This document shows, one piece after another, positions 1 to 11,834 of a stretch of DNA of 64,000 nucleotides; position 1 is the first letter of the stretch; each line of letters opens with the position of its first letter. This stretch comes from Chiloscyllium plagiosum (taxonomy: Eukaryota), in the NCBI RefSeq assembly GCF_004010195.1, contig NC_057726.1, positions 70,009,468 to 70,073,467 of the forward strand, written 5' to 3'. A program made the position numbers and the translations under genes. The notes under the pieces were generated by a model. It did not search any database. It saw only the letters and a program-made list of their open reading frames with translations, and was not told the origin of the DNA.

Positions 1-240
1 ATGTGGTATTATCACTTGACTTTTAAGCCAGAAACGCAGAATAATATTCTGGGCACCTCGGATCGAATCCCACCACAGCAGATGGTGGAATTTGAATTCA
101 ATAAGAAAAGTGCCTGGAATTAAGAGTCGACTGATGACTGTGAAACCATTGTCAGGAAAAAAAAACATTTGATTCACTAATGTTCTTTAGGGAAGGAAAT
201 GTGCCATCAACAACTGGTCTGGCCTGTATGTGGCTTTGAC
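1..240 (+). mobile_element. tRNA-derived SINE fragment (SacSINE1-like shark SINE)
   Basis: Box-B-like GGATCGAATCCC followed by GCAGATGGTGGAATTTGAATTC...TTCACTAATGTTCTTTAGGGAAGGAAAT...CTGGTCTGGCCT; same family recurs at 61250-61615. Family name is from recall. Confidence 0.6.
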
Positions 241-1446
241 CTTTTACAGCAAATTCTTTGTACTATGAAACACCAGCACCTCCATATCATTGCTCCTCAA
301 GATCAAGTATTCAAACATTTTTTTTCTGTTCATTGCTGCACTGTCTTTAATGTTAACATTTAATTTAAATTCTATTTTTAAAAACCTACGAATTTGTGAT
401 AACTTTAATAAAATTGCAAATTTAATGACCTGTATTAAAATAAATAATCATTAAGGCTTATTGCAAAGTCCTCCTTACCAATATCTGGTACCCCGTGCTG
501 AAATTTGGAGAGCTGTCTCACTGACTAGTCAACCAAGAGTCTGACATAGTCATACTCATGGAATCATACCCTACAGATAACACCCCAGATACCACCATTA
601 TCATCGCTAACTATGTCCTGTCCTACAGACCCAGCAGAGGTGTTGGAATACTATTCGTAGGGAGTTTTCCTGGGAATCCTTGACTCAAGACCCCATTCAG
701 TTTCATGGCTTCAGGTTAAACATGGGCGGGGAAACCTCTTACTGGTTACCACGTATGGTCCTCCTTTGGCTGACGAATCAGTACTCCTCCATATTGAACA
801 ACACTTGGGGGAAGCACTGAGGGTGGCAAGGGCGCAAAATGTACTCTGGGTGGGGGAAGTCAATGTCCACCACAAAGAGTGGTATGGCAGCAGCATTACT
901 GATCAAGCTGGTCGGGCTCTAAAGGATATAATGCCGAGACTGGTTCTGCAACATTGGTGAAGGTACCAACAAGAGGAAAAAAACACACTTGTCCTCATCC
1001 TTACTGACCTGCCAGCTGCAGAATGATCTGTCCATGACAGTATAGGTAAAATTGACCAACGTACTGTCCTTGTGAAGATGAAGTCCCACCTTCACATTGA
1101 GAATAACCTCCATCATGTTACGTGACACTATCACCATGCTAAATGTGACACACTCTGAACCAATCTAGCAGCTCAAGACTGGGCATCCATGAGGCACTGT
1201 GGGCCATCAACAGCAGTGGAACTGTACTCCAGCACAATCTGCAATCTCATGGCCAGGTATATGCCTCACTCAACCATTACCATCAAGCCAGGGGATCATC
1301 CCTGGTTCAATGGATTGTACAGTAGGGCATTCCAGGAGAAGCATCATGCATACCTGAAAATGAGGTGTCAACCTGGTGAAGTTACTAAACTGAAACTTTA
1401 TTGCTGGAACAGCACAGCAGGTCAGGCAGCATCTAGGGAACAGAAG

Positions 1447-1482
1447 ATTCGACGTTTCGGGCACATGCCCTTCTTCAGGAAT
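1447..1482 (-). ncRNA. Minimal type-I hammerhead ribozyme motif (PLE type)
   Basis: Exact reverse complement of the motif at 2400-2435. Confidence 0.65.
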
Positions 1483-1495
1483 GAGCAGAGAGTGT

Positions 1496-2050
1496 TCAGC
1501 AGGAGAAGATAAAAGGTAGGGAGGAGGGACTTGGAGGAGGGGCGTTGGAAATGTGATAGGTGGAAAGAGGTAAAGGTGAAGGTGATAGGTCGGAGTAGGG
1601 TGGAGGCGGAGAGGGCAAGAAGAAGACTGCAGGCCAGGAAGGCGGTGCCGGGCTGGAGGGATCCGGCTGAGACAAGGTGGGGGGAGGGGGGATGAAGAAA
1701 CTGGTGAAGTCCAAGTTCATCCCCTGCGGTTGGAGGGTCCCCAGTCGGAAGATAAGACGCTCCTCCTCCGACCATCGGGTTGTTGTGGTTTGGCGGTGGA
1801 TGAGTCCAATGACCTGCATATCCTCGGTGGAGTGGGAGGGGGAGTTGAAATGCTGTGCTACAGGGTGGTTGGGTTGGTTCGTCCGAGTGGCCCAGAGGTG
1901 CTCTCTGAATCGCTCCGCAAGTAGGCGGCCTGTCCCCCCAATATAGAGGAGGCCACACCGGCTGCAGCGGATGCAGTAGATGATGTGGGTGGAGGTGCAG
2001 GTGAATCTGTGGCGGATATGGAAGTTTCCCTTGGGGAATATCGCTTGCAC
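1496..2050 (-). pseudogene. Penelope-like GIY-YIG endonuclease C-terminal fragment
   Basis: FTCTSTHIIYCIRCSRCGLLYIGGTGRLLAERFREHL...HPVAQHFN...EERLIFRLGTLQPQGMN is the PLE GIY-YIG domain with its cysteine-containing insertion; 5' truncated. Confidence 0.9.
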
Positions 2051-2147
2051 AAAGCCATGTTAACTATCCCTAATCAGTCATTACCTTTCAAAATGCAAGC
2101 CGAACATGTGCCTCATAAACCCCTGCAACAACTTACCAACCACTGAC

Positions 2148-2190
2148 NNNNNNNNNNNNNNNNNNNNNNNNNNNNNNNNNNNNNNNNNNN
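2148..2190. other. Assembly gap (43 N)
   Basis: Run of N. Confidence 1.
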
Positions 2191-2282
2191 ATAGTTAGGT
2201 CAGGATCACGGTGAAGCAGACTGGGATCACATTTAATTAGGTCAGGATCACAGTGAACCAGACTGGGATCACGGATAGTTAG
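2191..2282. repeat. About 42-bp minisatellite, 2 visible units abutting the gap
   Basis: TTAGGTCAGGATCACRGTGAASCAGACTGGGATCAC repeated twice. Confidence 0.8.
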
Positions 2283-2399
2283 TCTCCTCCGACCTATCAC
2301 CCTCACCTTGATCTCTTTCCACCTATCACATTTCCAACGCCCCTCCTCCAAGTCCCTCCTCCCTACCTTTTATCTTCTCCTGCTGAACACTCTCTGCTC

Positions 2400-2435
2400 A
2401 TTCCTGAAGAAGGGCATGTGCCCGAAACGTCGAAT
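2400..2435 (+). ncRNA. Minimal type-I hammerhead ribozyme motif (PLE type)
   Basis: AUUC-CUGAAGA-A-GGGC-augu-GCCC-GAAA-CG-UC-GAAU: stem I AUUC/GAAU, core CUGANGA, stem II GGGC/GCCC, GAAA, palindromic ACGU at stem III, GUC cleavage triplet. Confidence 0.7.
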
Positions 2436-3894
2436 CTTCTGTTCCCTAGATGCTGCCTGACCTGCTGTGCTGTTCCAGCAATAAAGTTTCAGCTTTGATC
2501 TCCAGCGTCTGCAGACCTCACTTTCTCCTCGAAGTTACTAAACTGGACTAGTTGCATGCCAAACTGCATAAACAGCATGTGATAGACAGAGCTAAACAAG
2601 CCCATAATCAACAGATCAAATCTAAGCTCTGCAGTCCTTCGACATCCAATGGTGGATGTGGTGGATGAATAGTGGTGGATAATTAAACAACTCACTGCAG
2701 GAGGAGTCTGCACATATAGTCCCATCCTCAATGATGGAGGAGCTCAGCACATCTGTGCAAAAGGTAAGACTGATGCATTTGTAACAATCTTCAGTCAGAA
2801 ATGCCAAGTGGTTGATCCATCTCGGACTTGTCCAGTGGTCCCCAGCATCTCAGATATCAATCTCCAGCCAATTCGATTCACTCAATGTGCTATCAAGAAA
2901 TGGCTGGAGGTAATGCATACTTCAAAGGCAAGGAGACTTGATATCACCCGGCAACAATACTGAAGACATGTACTCCAGAACTTGCCACTTCCCTAGCCAA
3001 GCTCTTCCAGTACAGTTACAACACTGGCATCTACCCGACAATGTGAAAAATTGCCACGTATGCCCTGTACACAAAAAGCAGGACAAATCCAACCTGGCCA
3101 ATTACCACCCAGTCTATTCTCCATCACCAGTAAAGTGATGGAAGGGGTCATCAACAATACTATCAAACAACACCTACTCAGCAATAACCTGCTCAGGTAC
3201 GCCCAGGTTGTGTTTCACCAGGGTCACTCAGCTCCTGATTTTATCACAGCCTTGGTTTAAACATAGGCAAAAGAGCTGAATTCCAGAGGTGAGATGAGAG
3301 TGCCAGCCCTTGACATCAAGCCCGCATTTGACCGTGTATGGCATCAAGGAGCCCTGGCGAAACTGGAAACAATGGCTATTGGGGGCAAACACTCCACTGG
3401 TTAGAGTCACACCTGGCACAAAGGAAGATGGTGGTGGTTTGGACAGTCAGTCATCTCAGCTCTAGGACATCTCTGCAGGAGACCGTCAGGGTAGTGTCCT
3501 AGGCCCAACAATTTACAACTGCTTCATCAATGACCTTCCCTCTGTCATAACCTCAGAAGTGGGGATTTTTGCTGATGATTGCACAAAAAAAATTACTGCA
3601 TTATGAACAAAATAGCTAAAAAGTGAAAGCTGTGAAACAGCTGTACGATGTTACAAGAAGTGGAAGCAAGTTGTTCATTCCAATAGTCAGTCCAGACAAT
3701 GGCAGCAATGGTCTCCTTCTATACTGTACCAATGCATTGATCCTGGTGCACTTTGGACGCTTTCTATAAATATACAAACCAGAAATCCAAGGATAGTTCT
3801 TTTACTTACCTTTGTGCACAACCTCCAATGTAACTTGGAAATGCTTGTCCATCGATATACAGTATGCATAATGTGCACAGATATCCGAAAGGCA

Positions 3895-5362
3895 TTTTAC
3901 ATTACCCGATTTGAGATTAAATCCAAAACCTGTAAGCATTAGCTGAAGTTAATATTTTTGTTAGCGCAACCCGGACAGGGAAGAATATTGCAAACACAGA
4001 AAATTAAAACAAACTAATCCGCGGAAATGTAAATTGAAAACAAGCAACGACATTGCGGCACCAAATGGCAAAATGTGGGCGTATAGACAAAAAAAAACCT
4101 CTCACCTGGTCAAAAAAATGAAATGTAGGAGTGTGAAATAATTTAAAAATATACAAGCTTTTTAAAAGGCTCCAATCAGATTTTTCGTTTGTTGCTTCAA
4201 ATTTTGCTGTGAATAAATGAAATTTTTCATGACGGATTTTCATAAAGCTTGTAGCTGCGATTTCCGACTGAGAACAAATTCTAAGAATAACGTACAACTT
4301 ATCTGAAAGTCGATTCTACTTAAGTTACAATAGTGTATGTTGTTAGATAAAAGAAAAGACACAGCAGTTGTATTTCCCCATCTGAAATCCATTTATTTTA
4401 TGGAAAAAGAACCCAATCTTCTTATGACACTGAAGGTATGTGCAGTAGGTATGACCCTGAAGAAAAGGCTGCTGTATAAAACTAGCGTTTCATTCGGACA
4501 GTATTCTGGCACAATATTTTCTATTTTATCTTTTTCTAGTCTCGTTTTTAAAATTATGTCTTTGTAACCTTACACTTATGTTGTTCTGTATGTGCATAAA
4601 GTAAAGATTCACCTGTTTTATTATTTATCTACTTTAGTGTGTTGTGGTATGGTTATTCTCTGTGGAAAATAATTAAAGAAGGGCCTGTGCCCGAAACGTC
4701 GAATCTCCTGTTCCCTGGATGCTGCCCGACCTGCTGTGCTGTTCCAGCAATAAAGTTTCAACGGAAAATAATTAATGTATAGCTGTTCTCATCATAGTGA
4801 TGGTATTCTTCAAATGCTATTTTCATGTCATAACTTTGTTAAATTGGGATTTTTGAAAGCATTTAATAATTTCTAACAAATTACATTACTATAATTTTAC
4901 AGCTTTAAAACGTTTTCATTTCAATATTCCCCTGTCGAGAATCATGGTTTGTTACACTAGGAGTTGTTTGAGTTGTGCTTCTTACATTAACATTAAAAAG
5001 GTGATTTTTTTGTGGCCAATGCTCCGCTCTGCAAAATGTGATTCATTGTCAACGTGATCAACTATATTCTCGAAGCTTTATCTGATAGAGTAAATGATTT
5101 AGGGGTGAAAAAAAAGCGAATGCGACGTTTCAACTCCAATGATTTAATTGTCCATGGGTACTCAAAGGTTTTGCGTTATTCTTGTAAAAAAAAGCAAATC
5201 GAGATTTGGTAATTATAGATAAAGTCTATCAACTTGATTAATCCATTTTAGCCTTAATAATTACTTGAAGTCAGAAAGTCACAACATTGTCCACCATGGT
5301 GTTGGGGCTGTTGTCACATGTCCTGAGAATTCATGGCTCATTTTTCGTTGCACATTCTGTAA
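3895..5362. repeat. Local direct duplication, copy 1
   Basis: Colinear with 5600-6977 from TTTTACATTACCCGATTTGAG to CACATTCTGTAA. Confidence 0.95.
4677..4762 (+). mobile_element. 86-bp Penelope terminal fragment with 13-bp TSD
   Basis: GGAAAATAATTAA duplicated at 4664-4676 and 4763-4775; empty site present in copy 2 at about 6377-6389. Confidence 0.9.
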
Positions 5363-5599
5363 GTGCAAAAAAGATTAACTTACCCGCACTGTCATGGAAT
5401 GAGGCAATAACATTTTGAATTTTTACTCAAAATTTGCTTTCTTTTCTTGTCCCATTAGTCGCACTTTTTGACTGTAAATAATCACTCTAAACTTTCATCT
5501 TAGCCACGTTCGATAGGTCTGTGAGGAGAGAGAGATTGGTGACGACAAATGTCGGTCTCCTTCATACAGAAACGGGGAATGTATAATAGGGGACAACGT

Positions 5600-6977
5600 T
5601 TTTACATTACCCGATTTGAGATTAAATCCAAAACCTGTAAACATTAACTGAAATATTTTTATTTTTGTTAGCGCAACCCTACAGGGAAGAATATTGCAAA
5701 CACAGAAAATTAAAACAAACTAATCCGCGGAAATGTAAATTGAAAACAAGCAACGACATTGCAGCACCAAATGGCAAAATGTGGGTGTATAGACAAAAAA
5801 AATCTCTCACCTGGTCAAAAAAAAATGAAATGTAGGAGTGTGAAATAATTTAAAAATATACAAGCTTTTTAAAAGGCTCCAATCAGATTTTTCGTTTGTT
5901 GCTTCAAATTTTGCTGTAAATAAGTGAGATTTTTCGTGACTGAATTTCGCAAAGCTTGTAGCTGCGTCTTCCGACTAAGACTAAATTCTAAGATTAACAT
6001 GCAACTAATCTGAAAGTTGATTCTACTTAAGGTACAGTAGTCTTTGTTGTTAGATAAAAAGAGTGACTCAGTAGTTTGTATTTCCCCATCTGAGATCCAT
6101 TTATTTTATTTTATGGAAAAAGAACCCGACTTTCTTATGACACAGAAGGTATGTGCAGTAGGTATGACCCTGAAGAAAAGGCTGCTGTATAAAACTAGCG
6201 TTTCATTCGGACAGTATTCTGGCACAATATTTTCTATTTTACCTTTTTCTAGTCTCGTTTTTAAAATTATGTCTTTGTAACCTTACACTTATGTTGTTCT
6301 GTATGTGCATAAAGTAAAGATTCACCTGTTTTATTATTTATCTACTTTAGTGTGTTGTGGTATGGTTATTCTCTGTGGAAAATAATTAATGTATAGCTGT
6401 TCTCATCATAGTGATGGTATTCTTCAAATGCTATTTTCATGTCATAACTTTGTTAAATTGGGATTTTTGAAAGCATTTAATAATTTCTAACAAATTACAT
6501 TACTATAATTTTACAGCTTTAAAATGTTTTCATTTCAATATTCCCCTGTCGAGAATCATGGTTTGTTACACTAGGAGTTGTTTGAGTTGTGCTTCTTACA
6601 TTAACATTAAAAAGGTGATTTTTTTGTGGCCAATGCTCCGCTCTGCAAAATGTGATTCATTGTCAACATGATCAACTATATTCTCGAAGCTTTATCTGAT
6701 AGAGTAAATGATTTAGGGGTGAAAAAAAAGCGAATGCGACGTTTCAACTCCAATGATTTAATTGTCCATGGGTACTCAAAGGTTTTGCGTTATTCTTGTA
6801 AAAAAAAAGCAAATCGAGATTTGGTAATTATAGATAAAGTCTATCAACTTGATTAATCCATTTTAGCCTTTATAATTACTTGAAGTCAGAAAGTCACAAC
6901 ATTGTCCACCATGGTGTTGGGGCTGTTGTCACATGTCCTGAGAATTCATGGCTCATTTTTCGTTGCACATTCTGTAA
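5600..6977. repeat. Local direct duplication, copy 2
   Basis: Colinear with 3895-5362 but lacks the PLE insertion. Confidence 0.95.
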
Positions 6978-7330
6978 CTAACAGAGATTTGTAAAATTCT
7001 AACAGGAATACATAGGGTAGATGCAGGGAGGATGTTCCCAATGATCAGTGCATCCACCAACAGTCACAGTCTGAGGATTCGGAGTGGAAAATTTATGATG
7101 GAGATGAGAAGCCATTTCTTCACCAAAGAGTGGTGAGCCTGTGGGATTCATTACCACAGGAAGTAGTTGATGACAAAACATTGAAGACACTCAAGGAGCA
7201 GCTATATATAGCACTTGAGACAAAGATTTGGGGAGAAAGCAGGATCAGGCTATTGAGTTGGATGATGAATAGTGGAGTAGGCTCGGTGGGCTGAATGGCC
7301 TCTTCCTGCTCCTATCTTCTATGTTTCTGT
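6978..7330 (+). mobile_element. CR1 LINE 3' end
   Basis: Degenerate ORF2 C-terminus and 3' UTR ending GGGCTGAATGGCCTCTTCCTGCTCCTATCTTCTATGTTTCT. Confidence 0.8.
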
Positions 7331-7663
7331 GGTTCATATTGCAATGCAACTAACATTTTTAAATTCCTATTCTCCACAGATACCTATTGCCATCACTCCT
7401 CATGTCACTTCACCCGCCCCAAATCCCCTCCCTACACACCACCTCACTCTTCCCCTTCCTGGATTTTGTTTAAGAACATATTATATCGCAAAGACCTTCT
7501 CGGTTCTGATAACAATAAATAGATTTAAAGTACTCCTACAGCTCCTCTCTCCGGTGACTCTTCTGATTTGTAAATATTTCCAACATTCTTGTGCACTTTC
7601 CTTTTAATTACAATTGGTAATGTGTCAGGTTAATTGTAATTGATGACAAACAGTGACAATTTA

Positions 7664-7962
7664 TGGGCGGCACGGTGGCACTGCTGCCTCACAGCGCCAG
7701 AGACCCGGGTTCAATTCCTGCCTCAGGCGACTGACTGTGTGGAGTTTTCACATTCTCCCCGGGTCTGCGTGGGTTTCCTCCGGGTGCTCCGGTTTCCTCC
7801 CACAGTCCAAAGATGCGCAGGTCAGGTGAATTGGCCATGCTAAATTGCCCGTAGTATTAGGTAAGGGGTAAATGTAGAGGAATGGGTGGGTTGCGCTTCG
7901 GTGGGGCGGTATGGACTTGTTGGGCCGAAGGGCCTGTTTCCACACTGTAATTAATCTAATCT
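7664..7962 (+). mobile_element. HE1-type V-SINE
   Basis: GGGCGGCACGGTGGC head, box B GGGTTCAATTCC, V domain GGGTTTCCTCCGGGTGCTCCGGTTTCCTCCCACAGTCCAAAGATG, CR1-like tail GGGCCGAAGGGCCTGTTTCC and (TAATC)n. Confidence 0.9.
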
Positions 7963-8771
7963 CTATGACAATTTGTAAAGCTGTTTGAATGGTACTAGAC
8001 TATAAATGCATAGAAATCCAATGAAGGAAATAGAAATTGTGCCATCCTAATTATAACTATTTTCTCCACTCATATATGATAGAATAATGAAACAACAATA
8101 ATAAGGCCAGGACAATTTTATTTGTTAAGGATTATTGTGAATAATGTGGTTCAACAAGGGGCCTTTCATAAATGGTACAATTCACAGTCACTCCTGTGGT
8201 TTTATGATGACATAAAAATAATTTCTGTAATGGTGTCTTTCATGGACTCAGCCTTTTTTATTTGAAAGATGGAGCCTTGGTGGTTTATTGTTGGATGAAG
8301 ATCAAATTTGGTTTCCCGAAAGGCAAAATCTTGGATAAGGAGAAGAGATCAAACTCTTCACCATTACTTCTTAATCTGGGACATGAGCTACCAGTGGTAC
8401 GGAATGAAATGCCACCAGACAATGAAAGCTGTGTACGTGCAAATTTGGACAAATATAACTAGTAACTATGTCCGAGGGTAAGGCAGAAGAGCGACTGATG
8501 TTGGGAAATAAGGGAGAAAGATCAACAGAATATAATCCATGATCCCCAGGAGTAATTGAACAAAGTTGGAAAAAAATCAATTCTTCTGTGGGCACAGGAG
8601 AGAAGCTGGAGGACTGAAGACAAAAAATGTGGGACCATTATTCCATCCCATTCTCCCAGTCCCTTTGCCTATGTCATATCTGTTCAGACGATGCTACCTT
8701 GCAAAATAATGCTGTTGACATGGCTTCCTTCTTCCATAACCATGGGTTCCCACCCACTGTGTTTGACTGGT

Positions 8772-10110
8772 TGAGAAAGGTGGTAAGGACAAGCCAGGAA
8801 ACTACAGACCAGTGATCCTGACCTCAGTAGTGGGCAAGGGGTTTGAGGGAATCCTGAGGGACAGGATGTACATGTATTTTGATAGGCTAGGACTGATTAG
8901 GGATAGTCAATATGGCTTTGTGCGTGGGAAATCATGTCTCACAAACTTGATTGAGTGTTTTGAAGAAGTAACAAAGACGATTGATGAGGGCAGAGCAGTA
9001 GAGGTGATCTATATGGACTTCAGTAAGGCGTTCGACAAGATTCCCCACGGGAGACTGATTAGCAAGGTTAGATCTCAAGAAATACAGGGAGAACTAGACA
9101 TTTGGATACAGAACTGGCTCAACGGTAGAAGACAGAGGGTGGTGGTGGAGGGTTGTTTCTCAGACTGGAGGCCTGTGACCAGTGCATAAATGTCATTTAC
9201 ATAAATGTTTTGGATGCGAACATAAGAGGTAGAGTCAGTAAGTTTTCTGATGACACCAAAATTGGAGGTCTAGTGGACAGCGACGAGGGTTACCTCAGAT
9301 TACAACAGGAACTGTACCAGATGAGCCAATGGGCTGAGAAGTGGCAGATGGAGTTGAATTCAGATAAATGCAATGCGAGGTGCTGCTATTTGGGAAAGCA
9401 AATCTTAGCAGGACTTATACACTTAATGGTAAGGCCCTAGAGAGTGTTGCTGAACAAAGAAACCTTGGAGTGCAGGTTCATAGCTCCTTGAAGAAGGCAT
9501 TTGGTATGCTTTCCTTTTTTGGTCAGCATATTGAGTACAGGAGTTGGGAGGTGATGTTGCGGCTGTACAGGACATTGGTTCGGCCACTGATGGAATATTG
9601 CGTGCAATTCTGCTCTCCTTCCTATCGGAATGATGTGGTGAAAGTTGAAAGGGTTCAGAAAAGATTTACAAGGATGTTGCCAGGGTTAGAGGATTTGAGA
9701 TACAGGGATAGGCTGAACAGGCTGTTTTCCCTGGAGTGCTGCAGGCTGAGGGGCGACTTTATAGAGGTTTACAAAATTATGAGGGGCATAGAGTGGGTAA
9801 ATAGACAGTCTTTCCCTGGGGTGGGGGAATCCAGAACTAGAGGGCATAGGTAGACCTAAGGGGCAACTTTTTCACACAGAGGGTAGTACGTGTATGGAAT
9901 TAGCTGCCAAAGGAAGTGGTGGAGACTGGTACAACAGCAACATTTAAGAGGCATTTGGATGGGTATATGAATAGGTAGGGTTTGGAGGGATATGGGCCGG
10001 GTGCTGGCAGGTGGGACTAGATTGGGTTGGGATATCTGGTTGGCATGGACAGGTTGGACAAAAGGTTCTGTTTCCATGCTGTACTTCTCTGTGACTCTAT
10101 GACTCTGTGA
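8772..10110 (+). mobile_element. 5'-truncated CR1 LINE (RT to 3' UTR)
   Basis: ORFs 8812-9189 (QYGFVRGKSCLTNL, IYMDFSKAFDKIPH), 9153-9440 (KFSDDTKIGG), 9368-9853; tail CTCTGTGACTCTATGACTCT. Confidence 0.95.
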
Positions 10111-10291
10111 CAGAGCACGTAGCCACATCTGCCATATCATAATTGCTTCCAACCTTGCCCCTTTCTATCGTTCAGAACAATGTGATTGCCCCGCCGCCCC
10201 CGTTCTCACTTTTCATCCTACCAGACTCCATGTTTGAAGGATCATCGTCTGCAATTTCAGACAACTCCAGCAGAATGCCACCACCCATCAT

Positions 10292-10470
10292 AGGGTGTAG
10301 GTTTGCTCGCTGAGCTGTAGGTTTGAGATCCAGACGTTTCATTACCTGGCTAGGTAACATCATCAGTGTCGACCTCCAAGCTTCACTTGGAGGTTTGGAT
10401 ATCAAACCTACAGCTCAGCGAGCAAACCTACACCCTAAACCTCAACCTGAGCTACAAACCTTCACAAACC
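10292..10470. mobile_element. Short fold-back element (probable PLE terminal derivative)
   Basis: Perfect 35-bp inverted repeat 10292-10326 / 10402-10436. Confidence 0.7.
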
Positions 10471-11157
10471 TTGCGAATATCTTCCCCTCATTCCCCCATG
10501 TGCATTTCACAGCGAAAATTTCTTCCAGGACACCTTCGCCCATCCCTCTACCAACAACAATACCACCCCCTTCCCACAGCACCTTCCCGTGTAATCTGAT
10601 GAAGGGTTTTTGCCTAAAACATCGATGTTCCTGCTCGTCGTATGCTGCTGGAACCGCATTGCTTTTCCTACACCACTCTAATCTCGAATCTGGTTTCCAG
10701 CATCTGCAGTCATTGTTTTTACCTTCCCATGTAATCACCAAACATGCAACAGCTGTCCCTTTACCTCCTCCCTGGTTAGGCTCATCATTCAAGTGCCTAA
10801 CCAGTCTTTCCAGGTGAAGCAGCATTTCAACTATAGCTCCTGCAATCTGATCTATTGCATTCACTGTACCCAATATGGCGTACACTACATTGGGCAAACT
10901 AAAAGCAGACTGGGTGACAGCTTTGAAGTACATCTCTGGATCATGTGCAAGTATGACCTTGGCCATCCTGTAGCACTCCCCTTGCATGCTTACTTTTTTG
11001 TCGTTGGCAGACTACAATGCTCCATCAACTCACAATGCAAACTGAAGGAACAACATCTCATCTTCAGACGAGGCACTTTACAGCCTTCTGGACTTAGTAT
11101 TGAATTTAACACCTACTGATCATGAACCCACTCACAATCTTTCCCTTTCCTTTAACT

Positions 11158-11480
11158 GGGGTGGTACAGTGGTCCAGTAGTTAGCACTGCTGCCTCACAG
11201 CACCAGGGTCCCAGGTTTGATTCCAGCCTCGAGTTTGTACATTCGCCCCATGTCTGCGTGTGTTTCCTCCGGGTGCTTCTGTTTCCTCCCAAAACCCAAA
11301 GATGTGCAGGTTAGGTGAATTGGCTGTGCTAAATTGCCCATCGTGTTCAGGGATATTTAGGCTTGGTACATTAGTCAGAGATAAATGCAGAGTAATACGG
11401 GAATGGGTCTGTGTGGGTTACTCTTTGGGGGCTTGTTGGGCCAAATGGGGTGCTTCCACACTGTAGGGATTCTATGATTC
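11158..11480 (+). mobile_element. Diverged HE1-type V-SINE
   Basis: GGTACAGTGGTCCAGTAGTTAGCACTGCTGCCTCACAGC head, V domain, tail CACACTGTAGGGATTCTATGATTCT. Confidence 0.85.
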
Positions 11481-11834
11481 TTTCCTTGCTGCATTGTCAG
11501 TTGCCATTGCCTCTCTTCATTCCCCCCCCACTCCAAAGAGATTGTCGGTTCTTTCCAGTTTGGAAGTTAAATACGCCATTGTTCTGACATTCCTAACACT
11601 TAATCTGCACTATCAATATTCTTTCTCCCCCAGCACTCTATCCTCTCTCTCCCCCCAATATTGGACAAATGCTGTCCCCTCCACACTTCACACCAGCTCT
11701 GATGAAGAGTCATCAAAACTCGAAATGTTAGCTGCTCTCTCTCCATGGATGCATCCTGAGCCGCTGTGATTGCCAGCAATTTTTGTTTTCAGTACAAACT
11801 CCAGCATCTGCAGTAAATTACTCCACCATTACTC

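Larger units (their letters stand above)
1393..2530. mobile_element. Penelope-like element insertion with inverted terminal copies
   Basis: About 200-bp inverted repeat (1391-1595 vs 2287-2491); flanked by duplicated GAAGTTACTAAACTG (1378-1392, 2531-2545); host LINE sequence resumes across it. Confidence 0.85.
470..3585 (+). mobile_element. Degenerate CR1/L2-group non-LTR retrotransposon (APE endonuclease to RT), interrupted at 1393-2530
   Basis: ORF fragments 766-960 (NVLWVGEVNVHH), 1189-1385 (KPGDHPWFN), 2938-3260 (VCPVHKKQDKSNLANYHP, SITSKVMEGVIN, FHQGHSAPD); RT catalytic FADD at about 3568-3579; frameshifts and stops. Confidence 0.85.
8638..11830 (+). mobile_element. Old Penelope-like element, fragmented by nested CR1, SINE and PLE insertions
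   Basis: SIPFSQSLCLCHICSDDATL...ASFFHNHGFP (8638-8770); GIY-YIG ORF 10793-11119 (NLIYCIHCTQYGVHYIGQTKSRLGD...EQHLIFRRGTLQPSGLSIEF); terminal motif CTGATGAAGAGTC...GAAA at about 11699. Confidence 0.8.

Noticed and set aside
2191-2282. CRISPR-like repeat-spacer array
   Set aside because: Eukaryotic context; a two-unit minisatellite without unique spacers.
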